Below, piece after piece: positions 11,280 to 28,619 of a stretch of 64,000 bases of DNA (the first letter of the stretch is position 1; each line of letters begins with the position of its first letter). The notes under the pieces are model-generated. The model was not told the origin of the DNA. It saw only the letters and a program-made list of their open reading frames with translations, and ran no database searches. A program made the position numbers and the translations under genes. This DNA is from the human T2T-CHM13v2.0 reference genome, Homo sapiens, in NCBI RefSeq assembly GCF_009914755.1, contig NC_060927.1. One strand, 5' to 3'.

Positions 11280-12395
11280 AAGCCATATTCAACCTCCTTT
11301 AAAATTAAAGCCTAGGCTACTTAAAAATGGAAAAAAAAAAAAAAGGTGGGGGGGCGGTGGTGTACTTGAGTATCATGAATGTACCCACATAGTCCCAAGA
11401 AGCTTTGCTTGGAGAGCAGGGTTTGCACCCTATGGCTGGCTTGGACTTAGCTTACACAGTGGTGACCCTCGAGGAGCCCACATTAATCTGTAGCATCATT
11501 TCCCATTACCAAGATAACACCTCCTAAATTCCCATTCAGTTTCCACATAAGGAATAGGGGAATTTTCCAAGGTGGCAGGGTTGACAGCAAACATTTATCA
11601 CAATTTCTTTAGGACAGTTTCTCATTCTGCAGTGCATCACTTTGATCATTATTGTAAACCCAATTCAGGGCAGTAAGACTCTGAATACTAGTCAATGTAT
11701 CATTTATGGTTTCCCAAAGGAGTTTGTTTTGAGGACAATTCCCTTATTTTAGCCAGTACCTATAGCAAAAAGCTCTGACCCTGTTACTATAGATTCATCT
11801 ACAAATGAATCTATGGAGGGCCTGACAGACTGCATGAGGGGTGGAACCATAATATGACCTGCTATTCCCACTCTTCCTTAACAAACATTATGCATCCCAC
11901 GCCCCCTTCATCTCCCAGGTCAATCAGCCAACGGTTTATCAGTCTTCCTGGTTTCTGCACATAGTGGTCACAATTTTTCTTTCTTTTCATGCTAAGTATA
12001 GGTGTGTGTTTTTGCAAATATTATTTGATAGAGGTAGATCTTCTGGCTCCCTGCTCCCAGGAATAATATTCATATTATTTATTACAGTGTGGTGAATTTG
12101 AAGCTGACCACCAGAGTGGTGAGGAAATACCCACAGGAGAGGAGAGTTGTAACATCCAAGTCCCTTTTTAGGCAGTTTTCTTCGAATCTATTTCCCAGTA
12201 CTTGACCTGCAACCACATCCGCAATTCCTTCTCATTAACCCACAACAAAATGGAGGACAATTTATGCCTGGTTGAACATACACTTTGTTCAATATGTTTG
12301 CTTTCCCTAAATCCCATTAGTCAGTTCACTAGGTCCTCATCCTTCCTCTTCCAGAAAGTCACACCTCTGTCAGCATCCATCTTCACTGCCAAAAG
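11280..12395 (-). mobile_element. Probable ERVL-class internal (leader/gag) remnant next to the 12396-12879 LTR
   Basis: It lies directly downstream of the LTR on the minus strand. Similarity to ERVL gag is only faint. Confidence 0.35.
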
Positions 12396-12879
12396 TGTCA
12401 AAACTGTGGAGAGTCGGAGATTTTACTCTACATGTAAGCTAACCAGTCACCTTGCCACCATTTCACGAATGCCAGTAGAAGACACAAGACTCCTAGTCAG
12501 AGATGAAGGACAATTTACTACTCATACCAATAGCAGTAACTAAAGTGTCATTATTTGGGGGCCAGTTCCCTGAGCCTCAATTCCCATAGGGTAACATGAT
12601 GAGAGCCAGATGACACCTGCCACAGTGTGCTGCATTACAGAAAAGGACCCCTGAACTTACTCAACAGTTAGTGTTCCCTTTGCTCCAGAAAGAGACTTTA
12701 TCTTTATTATACTGGATAGTATTAATAATTAGGCCTGCAATTTGCTCCAGAGGGTGACACTATCTCCGTCCACCAGGGCATAATGCAAACATTCTTGAGA
12801 AAATCATCCAGAACAAAGGGCAATCATTGTGTGGCCCACAAGACACGCAGAAAAATCTGTGGAGAATTACCTCTTAACA
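12396..12879 (-). mobile_element. ERVL LTR (LTR47/MER76-like)
   Basis: The minus strand begins TGTTAAGAGGTAATTCTCCACAG...TTTCTGCGTGTCTTG...CCTTTGTTCTGGA...GATAGTGTCACCCTCTGGAGCAAA. Confidence 0.65.
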
Positions 12880-14734
12880 TAAAATTTGTGTAAAGTTCAC
12901 CGTTTTGAGATATACATTCCTGTGAAGGTATACAAATACTAAAGTCATATGACCACTACCAGAATCAATGTAGAATACTTTTTAATCACTGCACAAAGTT
13001 TCTATGTGCTCCTTTGTCAAAAAATTATTTCCTCCATCCTCAGCTCCTGGAAACCAATAATCAGACTTTGGTCTCTGTAATTTTGCCTTTTCCAGAATGA
13101 CATATAAATGAACTCACAAAGAACACAGCCATGTGTGTCTGGATTCTTGTGCTTAGCACAGTGTCTTTGAAATTAATCCATGTAATGTATGTGTCATTAG
13201 TTTATTTGGTTTTTATTCCTAAGTAGCATTCTATTGTATGCATATAAAACAATTTCTTCATCATGCATTCACTGGTTGATGGCATGATTGGATTGGATCA
13301 TGATTGGATTATTTCTAGTTTTTTACTATTTTGAATAAATATGCTACAAACATCTCTGTTCAGGTTTTCTCTGTACAGTTCTTTGTGTGAACATATGTTT
13401 TCATTTCTTTTAAGTAATTAGTTTGGAGTAAATTCTTGGGCAATGTAAGAAGTTCATGTTTAACTTTATAAAAAAGCGGACAAACTGCTTTCCTAAGTGG
13501 TGGTACCATTTTTCTTCCCTAGTAGCAATCTATGAACATTGTCAGTTACTTCACATTCTTGTACTTGATATGGATTTTTCGTTTTTCCGGTTTTTAAAAA
13601 TTTCAGTCATTCTAATAGGTATGCAGTGGTATTCCATTGTGGTTTTAATTTGCATTTTCATATTGATTAATGATGTCAAGCATCTTTTCATGTGCTTACT
13701 TACCATTTTGTGTGTCTTCTTGGTGAAGCAACTGTTCAATTCTTTTTCCCATTTTTTAATTGGGCTGTGTTTCTTCTCATTATTGAGTTTTGAGAGTTCT
13801 TTTTTTTTTTCAGTTTTCAAAATTACATATCCTTGTGGCTATCATAAGGAGACAGCTCAAGTGTAGATCAATAGCACCCTGGAAATTCCTGAACTTTTTT
13901 TAAAAAGTTGCATATATTTAAGGTATACAGCATGATGTTTTGATATACATACACACAGTGAAATGATTATGACAGTCAAGCAAATTGACATATCTATCAT
14001 CTCACATAGCTTCCACTTTTTGGTAGGTAAAAATATCTAAAACCTACTCTCTTATCAAATTTCCAGGATACAATATTATTAACTACAGTACTCAGGCTAT
14101 ACTTTAGATCACTGGGGTTATTTATACTACATAACTGAAACTTTGTGCCCTTTGACCTCCATTGCCCCATTTTCCCACCCCCTGACCTCTGGTAACCATC
14201 TTTTTTACCTCTATTTCTATGTATTCAAGTTTTGTTTTTGTTTTGTTTGTTTGTTTTGTTAGTTTCCACATGTAAGTGAGATCATGCAGTATTTTTCCTC
14301 TTGTGTCTGGCTTATTTCACTTACCATAATGTCCTTTAGGTCATCGAAGCTGTTGCAGCAATGGCAGGATCTCCTTTTTTAAAGTTAGAAAATATCCATA
14401 AATATACACTACAATGTCTTTATCCATTCATCAACTGATGGACATTTAGGGCGTTTTCATATCTTGACTATTGTGAACAATGCTATAAGAACCATGGAGC
14501 ACAGATATCTTTACTATCTTTACAAGGCGGTGATTTCATTTCCTTTGCATATACACTTAGATGAGAGGTTGCTGGGTCATATGGTAACTCTGTTCTCTAA
14601 TTTCTTCAGAAACCTCCATATTGCTTTCCATACTGGCTGTACCATTCTACATTCCCACTAGCAGTATACCATGTTTACCTTTTCTCCACACCATTGCTAA
14701 TACTTGTTATCTCTTGTCTTTTTTAAAAAAATAG

Positions 14735-15083
14735 TATAAAGAGAAAAGGATTAATTGGCATGGTTTTGCAGGATGTGGAGAAAGCATGGCACTGGCATCT
14801 GCTTCTGGTGAGGCCTCACATAACTTACAATCATGGCACAAGGTGAAGGGGAACAGACACATCATAGGGTAGAAGAAGGAGCAAAAGACAGTGGGTGGGG
14901 GTCAGAGGCAGGTGCTACACACTTAAACAACCAGATGTTGCAAGAACTCACTCAGTGTCTGGAGGACAGCACCAGTACATGAGGGATCCTCCCCCATGAC
15001 CCAAACACCTTCCACCAGGCCCCACCTCCAACACTGGGGATTACATTTCAGCATGAGATTTGAGCAGGGATTTGGATATATCA
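14735..15083 (-). mobile_element. MSTA MaLR LTR lacking about 50 bp of its 3' end
   Basis: GGCATCTGCTTCTGGTGAGGCCTCA...CCACCAGGCCCCACCTCCAACACTGGGGATTACATTTCAGCATGAGATTTG. Confidence 0.85.
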
Positions 15084-15269
15084 CCTTGATTCTGCATGAA
15101 ACCTGTCCACATGGTTAGCTCAGACTTCCACACGTGACAGTTGGGTTTTAAGAGATTGTGAATGGAAGCTGCAAGCTTTCTTGAGGGCATCTTTAGAAAT
15201 TGCAAATCATCTAGTCTATTGGTCCAAGTATGTCACAAGGCTGGATCATATTTAACAGTCAACATTTCA

Positions 15270-18020
<2,751 letters not shown>

Positions 18021-18338
18021 ACAATGAGATCACATGGACACAGGAAGGGGAACATCACACTCTGGGGACTGTGGTGGGGTGGGGGGAGGGGGGAGGGATG
18101 GCATTGGGAGATATACGTAATGCTAGATGACGAGTTAGTGGGTGCAGCGCACCAGCGTGGCACATGTTTACATATGTAACTAACCTGCACAATGTGCACA
18201 TGTACCCTAAAACTTAAAGTATAATAATAAAATAAAAAAAATAAATTAAAAAAAAAAACAGTCAACATTTCAAAAGGTACAGAAATATACTCTACCTCTT
18301 GCTAGGAAAATGGTCAGTGTCACATTGCAGAAAAGGCA

Positions 18339-20518
18339 CTGAGAATATATGCTAAATTATATTAGAATTATAGGAGTTTTACATAATTTCAGAACATATA
18401 CATATATACATATACAACATATACCAATAACATATAGACCAAAGAAATATAGACCAAATAAAATATAGACCAAAGAAAGCCAGACATCATTTCATATTTG
18501 ACAGTGCTTCCTGTATGATTTTTGTACCAAATAAGCCAAATGTCATCTTTGAACTTTAGAGGACCTAATATCTAAAATATTAGGTAAGAAAGAGACAGAA
18601 TTTATAATTTGATTTTGGAAAATTTGTCAAATATCAAAGGTTTAAAACACTGGATATCACAAAATAGAATCCCGGGTCACCACAAGTCATTTATTTGGCC
18701 AAAATGATAACTCCCAAAAAAATTTTAAAAAAGAAAATCCTTTACTCTGATAGAGGAGACTTAGCTTTCAAACAAGACCCAATGAAGATAGCATGAGGCC
18801 AACTGAATCTGTCTCTTTTCTCTCTCCTCCTTTCTTTTTTCTACCATTTACCCAAAGGAGAAAACAAAACCCTTTCATTATCTTTTAACATTACATAAAA
18901 ATCATCTTCAAAAGGGAAAAATAAATTTTATGCTTGCATTAGTGCATCTTTAATGTTAAAGCTAGTTTTTTAAATAAAATTTTATGTCTCTACCCAGTTT
19001 TAATTAGTTTGACCATAAGGTAAGATTTTCATCAACTTTTCAGAACCCTTTACAATATTCCATCAAACAGCAGATCAGTTTTCTAAGAAAACCCTGTTAG
19101 TTGGACACATGGGCCCAGATTCTGGCTTCACATCGCTATGACTTTAATGTTTTAACCTAAGGAAAAAAGCTAAATAATTTCTTTTAAATCTTAGCCAACT
19201 TGCTTACACCCACAGAATTTTTACAAGATCAACCCTTTACAAACCCTTTCCACTTTGCTTAAACCTTCAGTTTTGTTCCATTGCTCTTTTAGGTTAAGAC
19301 AGTCATTAAAACCCTCTGAACTAGACAAAATTACATTCCCTTTAACAAAAGCCATATTCCCATGCCTTCTTATAATCTTTTACCAAAAACACACTCCCTA
19401 CACACCTTGTATGTAAAACTGTTTCTCCAGTGGTCTCAACTACATGTAACAATGTTAACTCTTAGCAACTTTTATTTTTAGTGAAAAATTTGATAAGAAA
19501 GAGATTTTAATTATGTACTAGGGGTGGAGCCTAGGACATCAGACAGAAATTAAGATAAGGTCTGACTGCTTTTAGCATAGCTAGCGGGCATGGCTTTCCA
19601 TATGTCCCCAGCCCTTACCTATAATCTAATGCTCCAAAGTAGGTAAATCAAACAATTTTCAGAAGTCAAAGAAACAGTTTGACCTTAAAGCATTTCGCAA
19701 ATCTGATATCTGACCTTAATTTAGACCAAATGTCTACGTTTTCAAGGCGTTTGATTTTACCAATAATCTTTAAAACTGTCTTTATTTCCAAAAGATTACT
19801 AAAGTCACACAAACAAAAAGGCATTAAAGTTTCTATTTTTCTGACAAAATATTTGATTTAAGTGCTTATTTTTCTAAGCCAACTAATCAGAGCTCTTTTA
19901 TATATAAACATACAGCACATAAATACACAGAGACAGACAGAAGATTCAGCACTTGTAAAGTTTTTCATTTGTCAGTTTCTTAATTGGATGACTATTCTCC
20001 ATCTGAGAAACCTCCTCAAAATCTTCCTGATTGAGAAGAAGTCTCCTAAACCAGGACTCTTCCTACTAGTTAGAAGGAGCCAAATGAGACCCAGGAGCTA
20101 AACAAACACTCTACAATGAGGCTACAGACACAGACACCCCATGGTGGAGCTACAGATGCCCCACAACGGGGCTACAGACACCCCACCATAGGACTACAGA
20201 ACCAGTAGGGAGAAGGAAGAATGCATTGGCAGAGCCTAGGATGCTCACCAATCTAGACACCCAACCATGGGGCTACAGACAGATACCCTGTGATAGGGCT
20301 ACAGTTAAGGGATGTCTCCCCACGACTATTTCTCTATTGCAATTTAATCTAAGCACATTGGGCTGGCAGTGCCCCACCAGTAGAGAGAGTACCAGAGTCA
20401 GCCCCCAGTCCAAGAGAACTAGGCAACCTCTTGGGCTGGCTTCTGGATCCATCACTGGAGGGGGTCACTGAAGCACAGCCAGGTAGCCACAAGGGCAATC
20501 CTGGACAAGCCCCGAATT
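18339..20518 (-). mobile_element. ERV1 (MER4 group, HUERS-P1-like) internal 5' region
   Basis: It follows LTR8 and a tRNA-Pro primer-binding site on the minus strand. AT-rich MER4-group-like internal sequence with no ORF. Confidence 0.7.
20498..20515 (-). other. Retroviral primer-binding site, tRNA-Pro type
   Basis: Minus strand TCGGGGCTTGTCCAGGAT versus PBS-Pro TGGGGGCTCGTCCGGGAT (15/18), 3 nt after the LTR end. Confidence 0.8.
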
Positions 20519-20662
20519 TGTACCCACCCAAGAGGTTCACCTTGCCTACTGCCTAGACAGAGCCAATTCATCAAGACAGGGGAATTGCAATAGAGAAAGA
20601 GTAATTCATGCAGAGCCAGCTGTGCAGGAGAGCAGAGTTTTATTATTACTCAAATCATTCTC
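20519..20662 (-). mobile_element. LTR8 fragment (3'-terminal ~145 bp only)
   Basis: TTCACCTTGCCTACTGCCTAGACAGAGCCAATTCATCAAGACAGGGGAATTGCAATAGAGAAAGAGTAATTCA...TTTTATTATTACTCAAATCA matches the reverse complement of the LTR8 end. Confidence 0.8.
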
Positions 20663-21675
20663 CTCTTGTCTTTTTAAAAATAGCCATTCTAACAGGTCTG
20701 AGGTGATATCTCATTATGGATTTGGTTTGCATTTCTCTGATGATTAGTGACATTGGGCACCTTTTTTTCACATAAATTTTGGATATTTTATTTTTTTCTC
20801 TGGAGAAATGTCTATTCAAATCCTTTACTCATTTTTTTTTACCAGATTACTTGTCTTTTTCCTATTGGGTTATGGGAGTTTTTAAATACATTTTCAATAT
20901 TAACTTCTTATGTAGGAAAAACTGAAAGCTTTTCCTGTAAGATCTGACATAAGACAAGGGTGCCTACTCTTACCACTTCTATTTAACACAGTACTAGAAG
21001 TACTAGCAAGAGCAATCAGACAAGAAAAAAATTAAAAGACATTCAAATCAGAAAGGAAGAAGTAAAATTATCCCTGTTTGCAGATGACACAACTCTAGAT
21101 GTAGATTCCACTAAAACACTATTGGAACTAATAAACTCAGTAGAGTTGCAGGATAAAATATTAACATATAATAATCAGTTACATTTCTGTACACTAATAA
21201 TGATCTATCTAGAAAAGAAATCAAGAAAACAATCCCATTACAATGGCATCAGAAATAATAAAATACGAATCAGTTTAGCCAAGGAAGTGAAAGATCTCTA
21301 CACTGTAAACTATAAAATGTTGATGAAAGAAATTGAGGAAGATACAAATAAATGGAAAGATACCACATGTTCACAGATTAGAAGAATAAATATTATTAAA
21401 ATGTTTACAATAACTAAAGCAGTATACACATTCAACACAATCCCTATCAAAACCCCAATGGAATTTTTCACAGAAATAGAAAAACAATTTTCTGTATTAA
21501 CACAAAAGACCCTGAGGAGCCAAAATAATCTTGGGAAGGAAAAACAACGCCAGAGGCATCACACTTCCCAATTTCAAATTATATTATAAAATAATAGTAA
21601 TTAAAATAGTATAATACTGACATATATAGACCAATAGAACAGAATAGAGAGCCCATAAGTAAACCCAAGCATATA

Positions 21676-22003
21676 TAGATGTTCCTCAACTTACAATGGT
21701 GTTGTGTAACAATAAACCCATTGTAAGTTTTAAAATATCGTAAGTCGAAAATGCATTTAATACTCCTAACCTACCAAACATCATAATTCAGCCTAACCAA
21801 TCTTAAGCATGCTCAGAACACTTAGATTAACCTGCAGTTGGGCAAAGTCATCTAACATAAAGCCTGTTTTTGTAATGAAGTATTGAATATCCAGTGTAAT
21901 GTTTTGCATACTGTACTGAAAGTGAAAAACAAAATGGTTGGATGGGTACCATTATAAAGTCAAAGAATTGTAGGTTGAAACATTATAAGTCAGGAACCAT
22001 CTG
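21676..22003 (+). mobile_element. MER47A (Tigger/TcMar) DNA transposon inside the L1MA
   Basis: AGATGTTCCTCAACTTACAATGG...AAATGCATTTAATAC.CCTAACCTACC...TAAGTCAGGAACCATCTG, with TIRs. Confidence 0.85.
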
Positions 22004-22336
22004 CACAGTCAATGAATTTTCAACAAGGCCACCAAAAAGACACAATGGGCAAAGGATAGTCTCTTAATAAATAGTGTTGTAAAAACTGGATATCCACATT
22101 CAAAAGAATAACACTGGACCCTTATCTTACATCATACATGAAAGTCAGCTGAAAATGGAGTAAACGCCTAAACCTAAGACCTGAACCCATAAAACTGCTG
22201 GCAAAAAAGGGAAAAAACAGAGGAAAAAGCTATTTGATGTTGGCTTTGGCAAGAACTTTTTTGGATAGCTCACCAAAAGCATAGGCAACAAAAGCAAAAA
22301 ATAAACAAGTGGGACTACATCAACCTAAAAAGTTTC

Positions 22337-22821
<485 letters not shown>

Positions 22822-22911
22822 TAAATTTTAAATTTTGATTAAATCAATTTCAGTTTTTAAAATTTTTATTTTATACTTTGTGCTTTCATGTTCTAGTAAA
22901 TCTTTGCCTAA

Positions 22912-23278
<367 letters not shown>

Positions 23279-23345
23279 TATATTTAGGTTTTTAATCTAT
23301 TTTGAATTTTTTTCACATATGATACAAGGTATAGTTTGAGGTTTA

Positions 23346-23347
<2 letters not shown>

Positions 23348-23387
<40 letters not shown>
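23348..23387 (+). repeat. (TG)20 microsatellite
   Basis: Perfect dinucleotide run. Confidence 0.97.
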
Positions 23388-23391
<4 letters not shown>

Positions 23392-24199
23392 TGTATCCAA
23401 CTGTGCCATCAATATTTGCTGAAAAGACTGTTCTTTATCCATTGAACTACATTGGCACCTTCTCACAAAGTCAACTGAATAAATATTTGGATCTACTTCG
23501 CTATCTCTATTCTGTTCTATTTATTAGTATATCTAACCTTTTACACATATTATACTGTCTTAATTATTGTTGCCTTATGGTAAGTCTTGAAATGAGGAAG
23601 AAATATTCCTCATTTCATAAGGAATATTATCTTCTTTAAAGAAAAATGTTTAACTGTTCTAAGTCCTTTACCTTTCCATATAGATTTTAGAAACAGCTTT
23701 CTGACTTCTACAAAGGCCTGCTGGTATTTTCAATGGGTTGCAATGAATTTATAGATTTATAGATATATCACTTCATTTATTTAGGGCTTATTTGTTACCC
23801 TTCATTAATGTTTTATAACTACATCTTACAAATATTAGAATATATTTTGTTAGTACTTTGTATTTATAATGCTTTCATAAGTGGAATTTTTAAATTTGTA
23901 TTTTCAAGTGTTCATCTCTAACATACAGAAATATAATTTATTTTATATTGACATTGCTAAATTTACTTATAAATTCTAGTAGCCATTTTATACATCCTTT
24001 GAAATTTCTACATAGACACTCATATATGTGCAAATTAAGACAGTTTTATTCCTTCTTTTCCAATCTAGACGCCTTTCCTCTTTTTGTTGATTTCTTTTTA
24101 TTCTTCCTCTCTCTCTTTTTTTCTCTTTCTTTCATCCTTTTTCTTTTTCACCTTATTTCCCTGGCTGGAACTTCCAGTAAAATGTATCAAAATATTCAG

Positions 24200-26985
24200 C
24201 AACTATAAAACTTACAAAAGATAATACATGATAAAATCTACATGACCTTGGACTTCGTGATGAATTTTTAAATACAACATCGAAAGCATGATCCATAAAA
24301 AAATTGATATATTGGACTTCATTAACATTAAAAATTCTGATCTGCTGAAACCACTGTTAAGAGAATGAAGAGACAAGTTACAGACTGGGAGAGCATATTT
24401 GCAAACACATACCTGATATAAGGCAAGTATCCAAGTTATACAAAGAACTCTTAAAATTTAACAATAAAAAAATTCAACCTAATTTTAAAATGGGCCAAAG
24501 ATCTGAACAGACACTTTACCCAAAAGATATACAGATGGCAAATAAGCAATTGAGAAGACGGTAATCATCATTTGTCGTTAGAGAAATTTGTTAAAGTACA
24601 CAAAATTACAGGTAGATAAGAATAATAAGTTTTAGTCTTCTATACCACTATAGGATGACTATAATTAACAATAATAGATTACATAGTTTCAAATAGCTAC
24701 ACGGAGGATATTGATAAGGATGTGGAGGAACAGAAGCTCTCATTTATTGCTGGTGGAAATGTGAAATAGTACAACCACTTTGGAAAACAGTTTGGCAGTT
24801 TCTTACAAAGCCAAACATACTTGTATTAAATGATCCAACAATCACACTTCTAGGTATTTACCTACCTGTTTTGAAAATTTATTAATATGTGCACAAAACC
24901 TGCATGTGAATATTTATAGCCATTTCATTCATAATTACCCCAAAATAGAAGCAACCAAGGTGTCCTTTGATAAGTGAATGGATAAACAAACTGTGGCACA
25001 TCCATATAATGGAATACCACTTAATAATAAAGAGGAATGAACCATCAAGCTACACTAAAACATGAATTAATTTTAAATGTATATTGCTAAGTAAAATAAG
25101 CCAGTCTGAAAAGGCTACAATACTGTATTATTCCATTTATATGACATTTTGCAAAGAACAAAATTATAGAAATGGTAAATAGATCGGTGACTGCTAGGGG
25201 TTTAGGTCAGGAAGAGAGAGCTGAACAGGTGAAACAGGGATTTTTAGAATGGTGACATTATTCTGTATGATACTGTGACAGTGGATACATGACACTATAA
25301 ATTCGTCAAAACCCATAGAACTTTACATCACAAACAGTAAACCTTAATGTATGCAAATTGTAAAAGATCATTTAGGAGGTTAAGGATCCCAGGGTGGAAA
25401 TTAGAATGTGACAAAAGAATAAACTATATTACAAATGCATGGAACAACCACACTGAAGGAGATAGGACAAAAGGTGCTGATCTAACCTTTGGAAATGAAT
25501 AGAAGCTATAAGACTGAAAACAAAAAGACTTGACCTTAAGCACTGTACTGTAGTTGGTAAAATTGCTTCCCATGAAGGTACAGGTCAATAATTCTGAAAG
25601 CACTATATATATATACTGGAATTGAACAATTAGGTAAATGGATGGCAGATGGTAGGACACAGATTTCTCACTGTTGGTGTAGGATTTTGCAGATGAGCAT
25701 GGAAGGAGGATAAAACAATTCATGTGGTACTGAATTATAGTTGAAAATGTCAATATGAGTTCATGTCTAGCTTAATATACATTCAAATGTTAAATACAGG
25801 AATATTTATAGACATGTATATATTCATTGGTTAGCATACACATATCTATTCCCTGCTCTGTCAGTTGAGAAGGCCTAGAAGTGATGTCATTTCGATAGCA
25901 ACAAGCATACCAAAAACTCCAGCTTTGGTTTTCATACCATTCTCCAGTAAAAAGAACAGGGCTATTTATTTTATTTCATTTGTATTTTTATTTGTTTGGA
26001 GAAATAGCTGATTCTAGGGCTGGAGCAAGAAATATACAAGATGAGCTTGGAGCATCACTCAATGCCATAAAGAAATGTTTAAAGAACAAAAAACGCATAA
26101 TGATGAGGATATGACAAAGGGACAAAGGAGCCAACTGAAAGAATTGTCAGTGGCCAAAGCTGGAACAATTTGAGCAACAAAATAAAGTGGTATTAGATTA
26201 TAAGCCAAGGTACAAAATAAATATTCAGGAGCTCACACTGACATAAATAAATCATTGAATAAACAAGCAAATACATCAGTACATAAATGGGGGAGGAGGA
26301 GAGGAGAACAGACAAATCAGCCATGCAAAATTCCCAGCAATTCAAGAAGATACTCTGCTTAAAGGAAGTGAAATGTAAGTCCCAACTCCTTAGGTGTGGG
26401 TCACACATACTGACTTCCTTTCAGAGTCAAGTATGGAAAGGGGGGAAAAGGGAGGAGCTTTATGGTGGAGAGGCCTGACTCCCTCACCCAGGTCATCAGG
26501 GTTAACACCAACAGTGATAAGTCATGGTTATAATGTGTTTACTTTACACGACTTGATGAAAATGGCACTTTACCTCTGATCTTCCTCCCAGTCCAATCAT
26601 GAGAAAAGCATCAGACACACACCAACTAAAGGACATTCTACAAAATACCTGATCATTATTGCTCAAATTGTCAAAGTCATCAAAAATACGGAAAGTCTGA
26701 GAAACTGTCATAGGCAAGCAGAGTCTAAGGAAACATGATGACTAGATGCAATGTGACAAGATCCTAGAAAAGAAAAAGACATTTGGTAAAAACTAAGGGA
26801 ATCAGGATAAAGAATGGATTTAATTAATAATAATGCACAAATATTGGTTCATGGACTGTTGCAATTTAACCATACTAATGTTGATAATAGGAGAAACTGG
26901 GGTGGGGTATATGGGAACTCTGTACTGTCTTCCCATTTTTCTTTAAAACTAAAACTATTCTAAATTTCACAAGTTTATTGAAAAT
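24200..26985 (+). mobile_element. L1MC/L1MD (L1MC3-like) ORF2 end plus long 3'UTR
   Basis: A-rich sense L1 motifs (ACCACTTTGGAAAACAGTTTGGCAGTTTCTTA, GAATGGATAAACAAACTGTGG), ending GGGAACTCTGTACT...AAAACTATTCTAAA. Confidence 0.75.
24586..24714 (+). mobile_element. Short L1MA 3'UTR fragment embedded in the L1MC
   Basis: TTGTTAAAG.ACACAAAATTACAG.TAGATA...GGATGACTATA.TTAACAATAAT; same family as 8423-8780. Confidence 0.7.
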
Positions 26986-26999
26986 TTAGGATGATAAAA

Positions 27000-28010
27000 T
27001 TTCATAAGTTGTGTCAAAAGAAATGCTTTTAGCACATATGACAACAAAAGACTAATTTCTTTAACACATAAAGAATTCCTATAAAACCTTCAAGATATCA
27101 ATAACTTAATAGAAAGGTGGTCCAGGTTTAACTAGATAGTTAACAAAAATGAAATTGCAAAAGACTTTTCAGAATATAGAAATTTGATCAATATTACTCA
27201 TAATAAGAAAAATGCAAAGTAGACTACACTGAGATACCATTTTCACTGATCAGATGGGTCAAGTCTGATAATATACTTTGTTGGGAGGGAGAAAGAATGA
27301 TCTTCACTCTTTGTAAGAACATAAATACGTACAAACTCAATGGATGGGGACTTGACAATACATATCAAAATGAGCAATACATACACACTTTGACCAGCTC
27401 TTTTAGCTCTTTTGACATCTAGGAATATATTCTCTTGAAATACTAATCTATGTGTACAAAGATATTTATACAAGGAGAATCATTGTAGTATTGTTTGTAT
27501 AACATCAATTCCTTTTTTTTTTTTTTTTTTTTTTTGGAGACCTAGTCTCGCTCTGTCCCTAGGCTGGAGTTGCAGTGGCGCAATCTGGGCTCATTGCAAC
27601 CTCTGCCTCCTGGGTTCAAGTGATTCTCCTGCCTCAGCCTCCTGAGTAGCTGGGACTACAGGCGCGCACCACCACAGCCAGTTAATTTTTTTTCTATTTT
27701 TCATAGAGATGGGGTTTCACCACGATGGCCAACATGGTCTCAATCTGTTGACCTTGTGATCCGCCCGCCTCAGCCTCCCAAAGTGCTGGGATTACAGGCG
27801 TGAGCCACCATGCCCGGCCACATCAATTACTTTTTAAAAGCCAGAAATCTATCATTAGTGGACTTGTCAAAAAATTACACGTATGTAAAATAGAGAGTGA
27901 AATACAATGTAGCTATTAAGAAGAATTGAAGTTCCTCTACGGGTACTGACATGTAACAATTGCGAAGATACAATGAGAGAAGAAAAACAGCAAAGTTCAG
28001 AATATTGTGC
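27000..28010 (+). mobile_element. L1ME 3' region (interrupted by an Alu)
   Basis: Degenerate ACACTGAGATACCATTTT, CTAGGAATATATTCT and AATACAATGTAGCTATTAA motifs. Confidence 0.6.
27511..27819 (-). mobile_element. AluS (AluSc-like)
   Basis: Full dimer, long T tail, TSD ACATCAATT (27502-27510 and 27820-27828). Confidence 0.92.
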
Positions 28011-28217
28011 ACCTAAAATTAACTCTTATTAGTATACAAAAACAGCAATTTAAAAGAAAATTGCATCCGTAGAAAACTGGACAATTTAAAGACTGCAATC
28101 AGAAAGCAAAATGTGTTTTTAGTAATCAAATATGATTGCAAAAATAAAAAAAATATTGCATCTTGAATAATAAGAGCCCAGCTGAAAACAAAGTTGGTTC
28201 CCTGGCAAATAAAGTTA

Positions 28218-28457
<240 letters not shown>

Positions 28458-28619
28458 TTAAAAGGAGTAAACTGAAAAAAGAAAATGGTTAGTGGCAAAT
28501 TTTCAAGGAAATGTTAGAAGAAAACACTCTGGAGCTAAAGAAAGAGACTCTTTTGACTGAAAGGTCCCACCAAATGCCAATAGAGATTAATGCATAAAAG
28601 CTTTTGACAAATTATAGAT

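Noticed and set aside
18064-18100. G-quadruplex-forming G-tract (also 51400-51425 on the minus strand)
   Set aside because: This is a standard, well-described part of the L1PA 3'UTR.
18431-18478. Three ~16-bp tandem copies of ATATAGACCAAA(G/T)AAA, and similar micro-duplications at about 6883-6908, 13283-13310 and 59931-59968
   Set aside because: Ordinary slippage duplications with no further structure.
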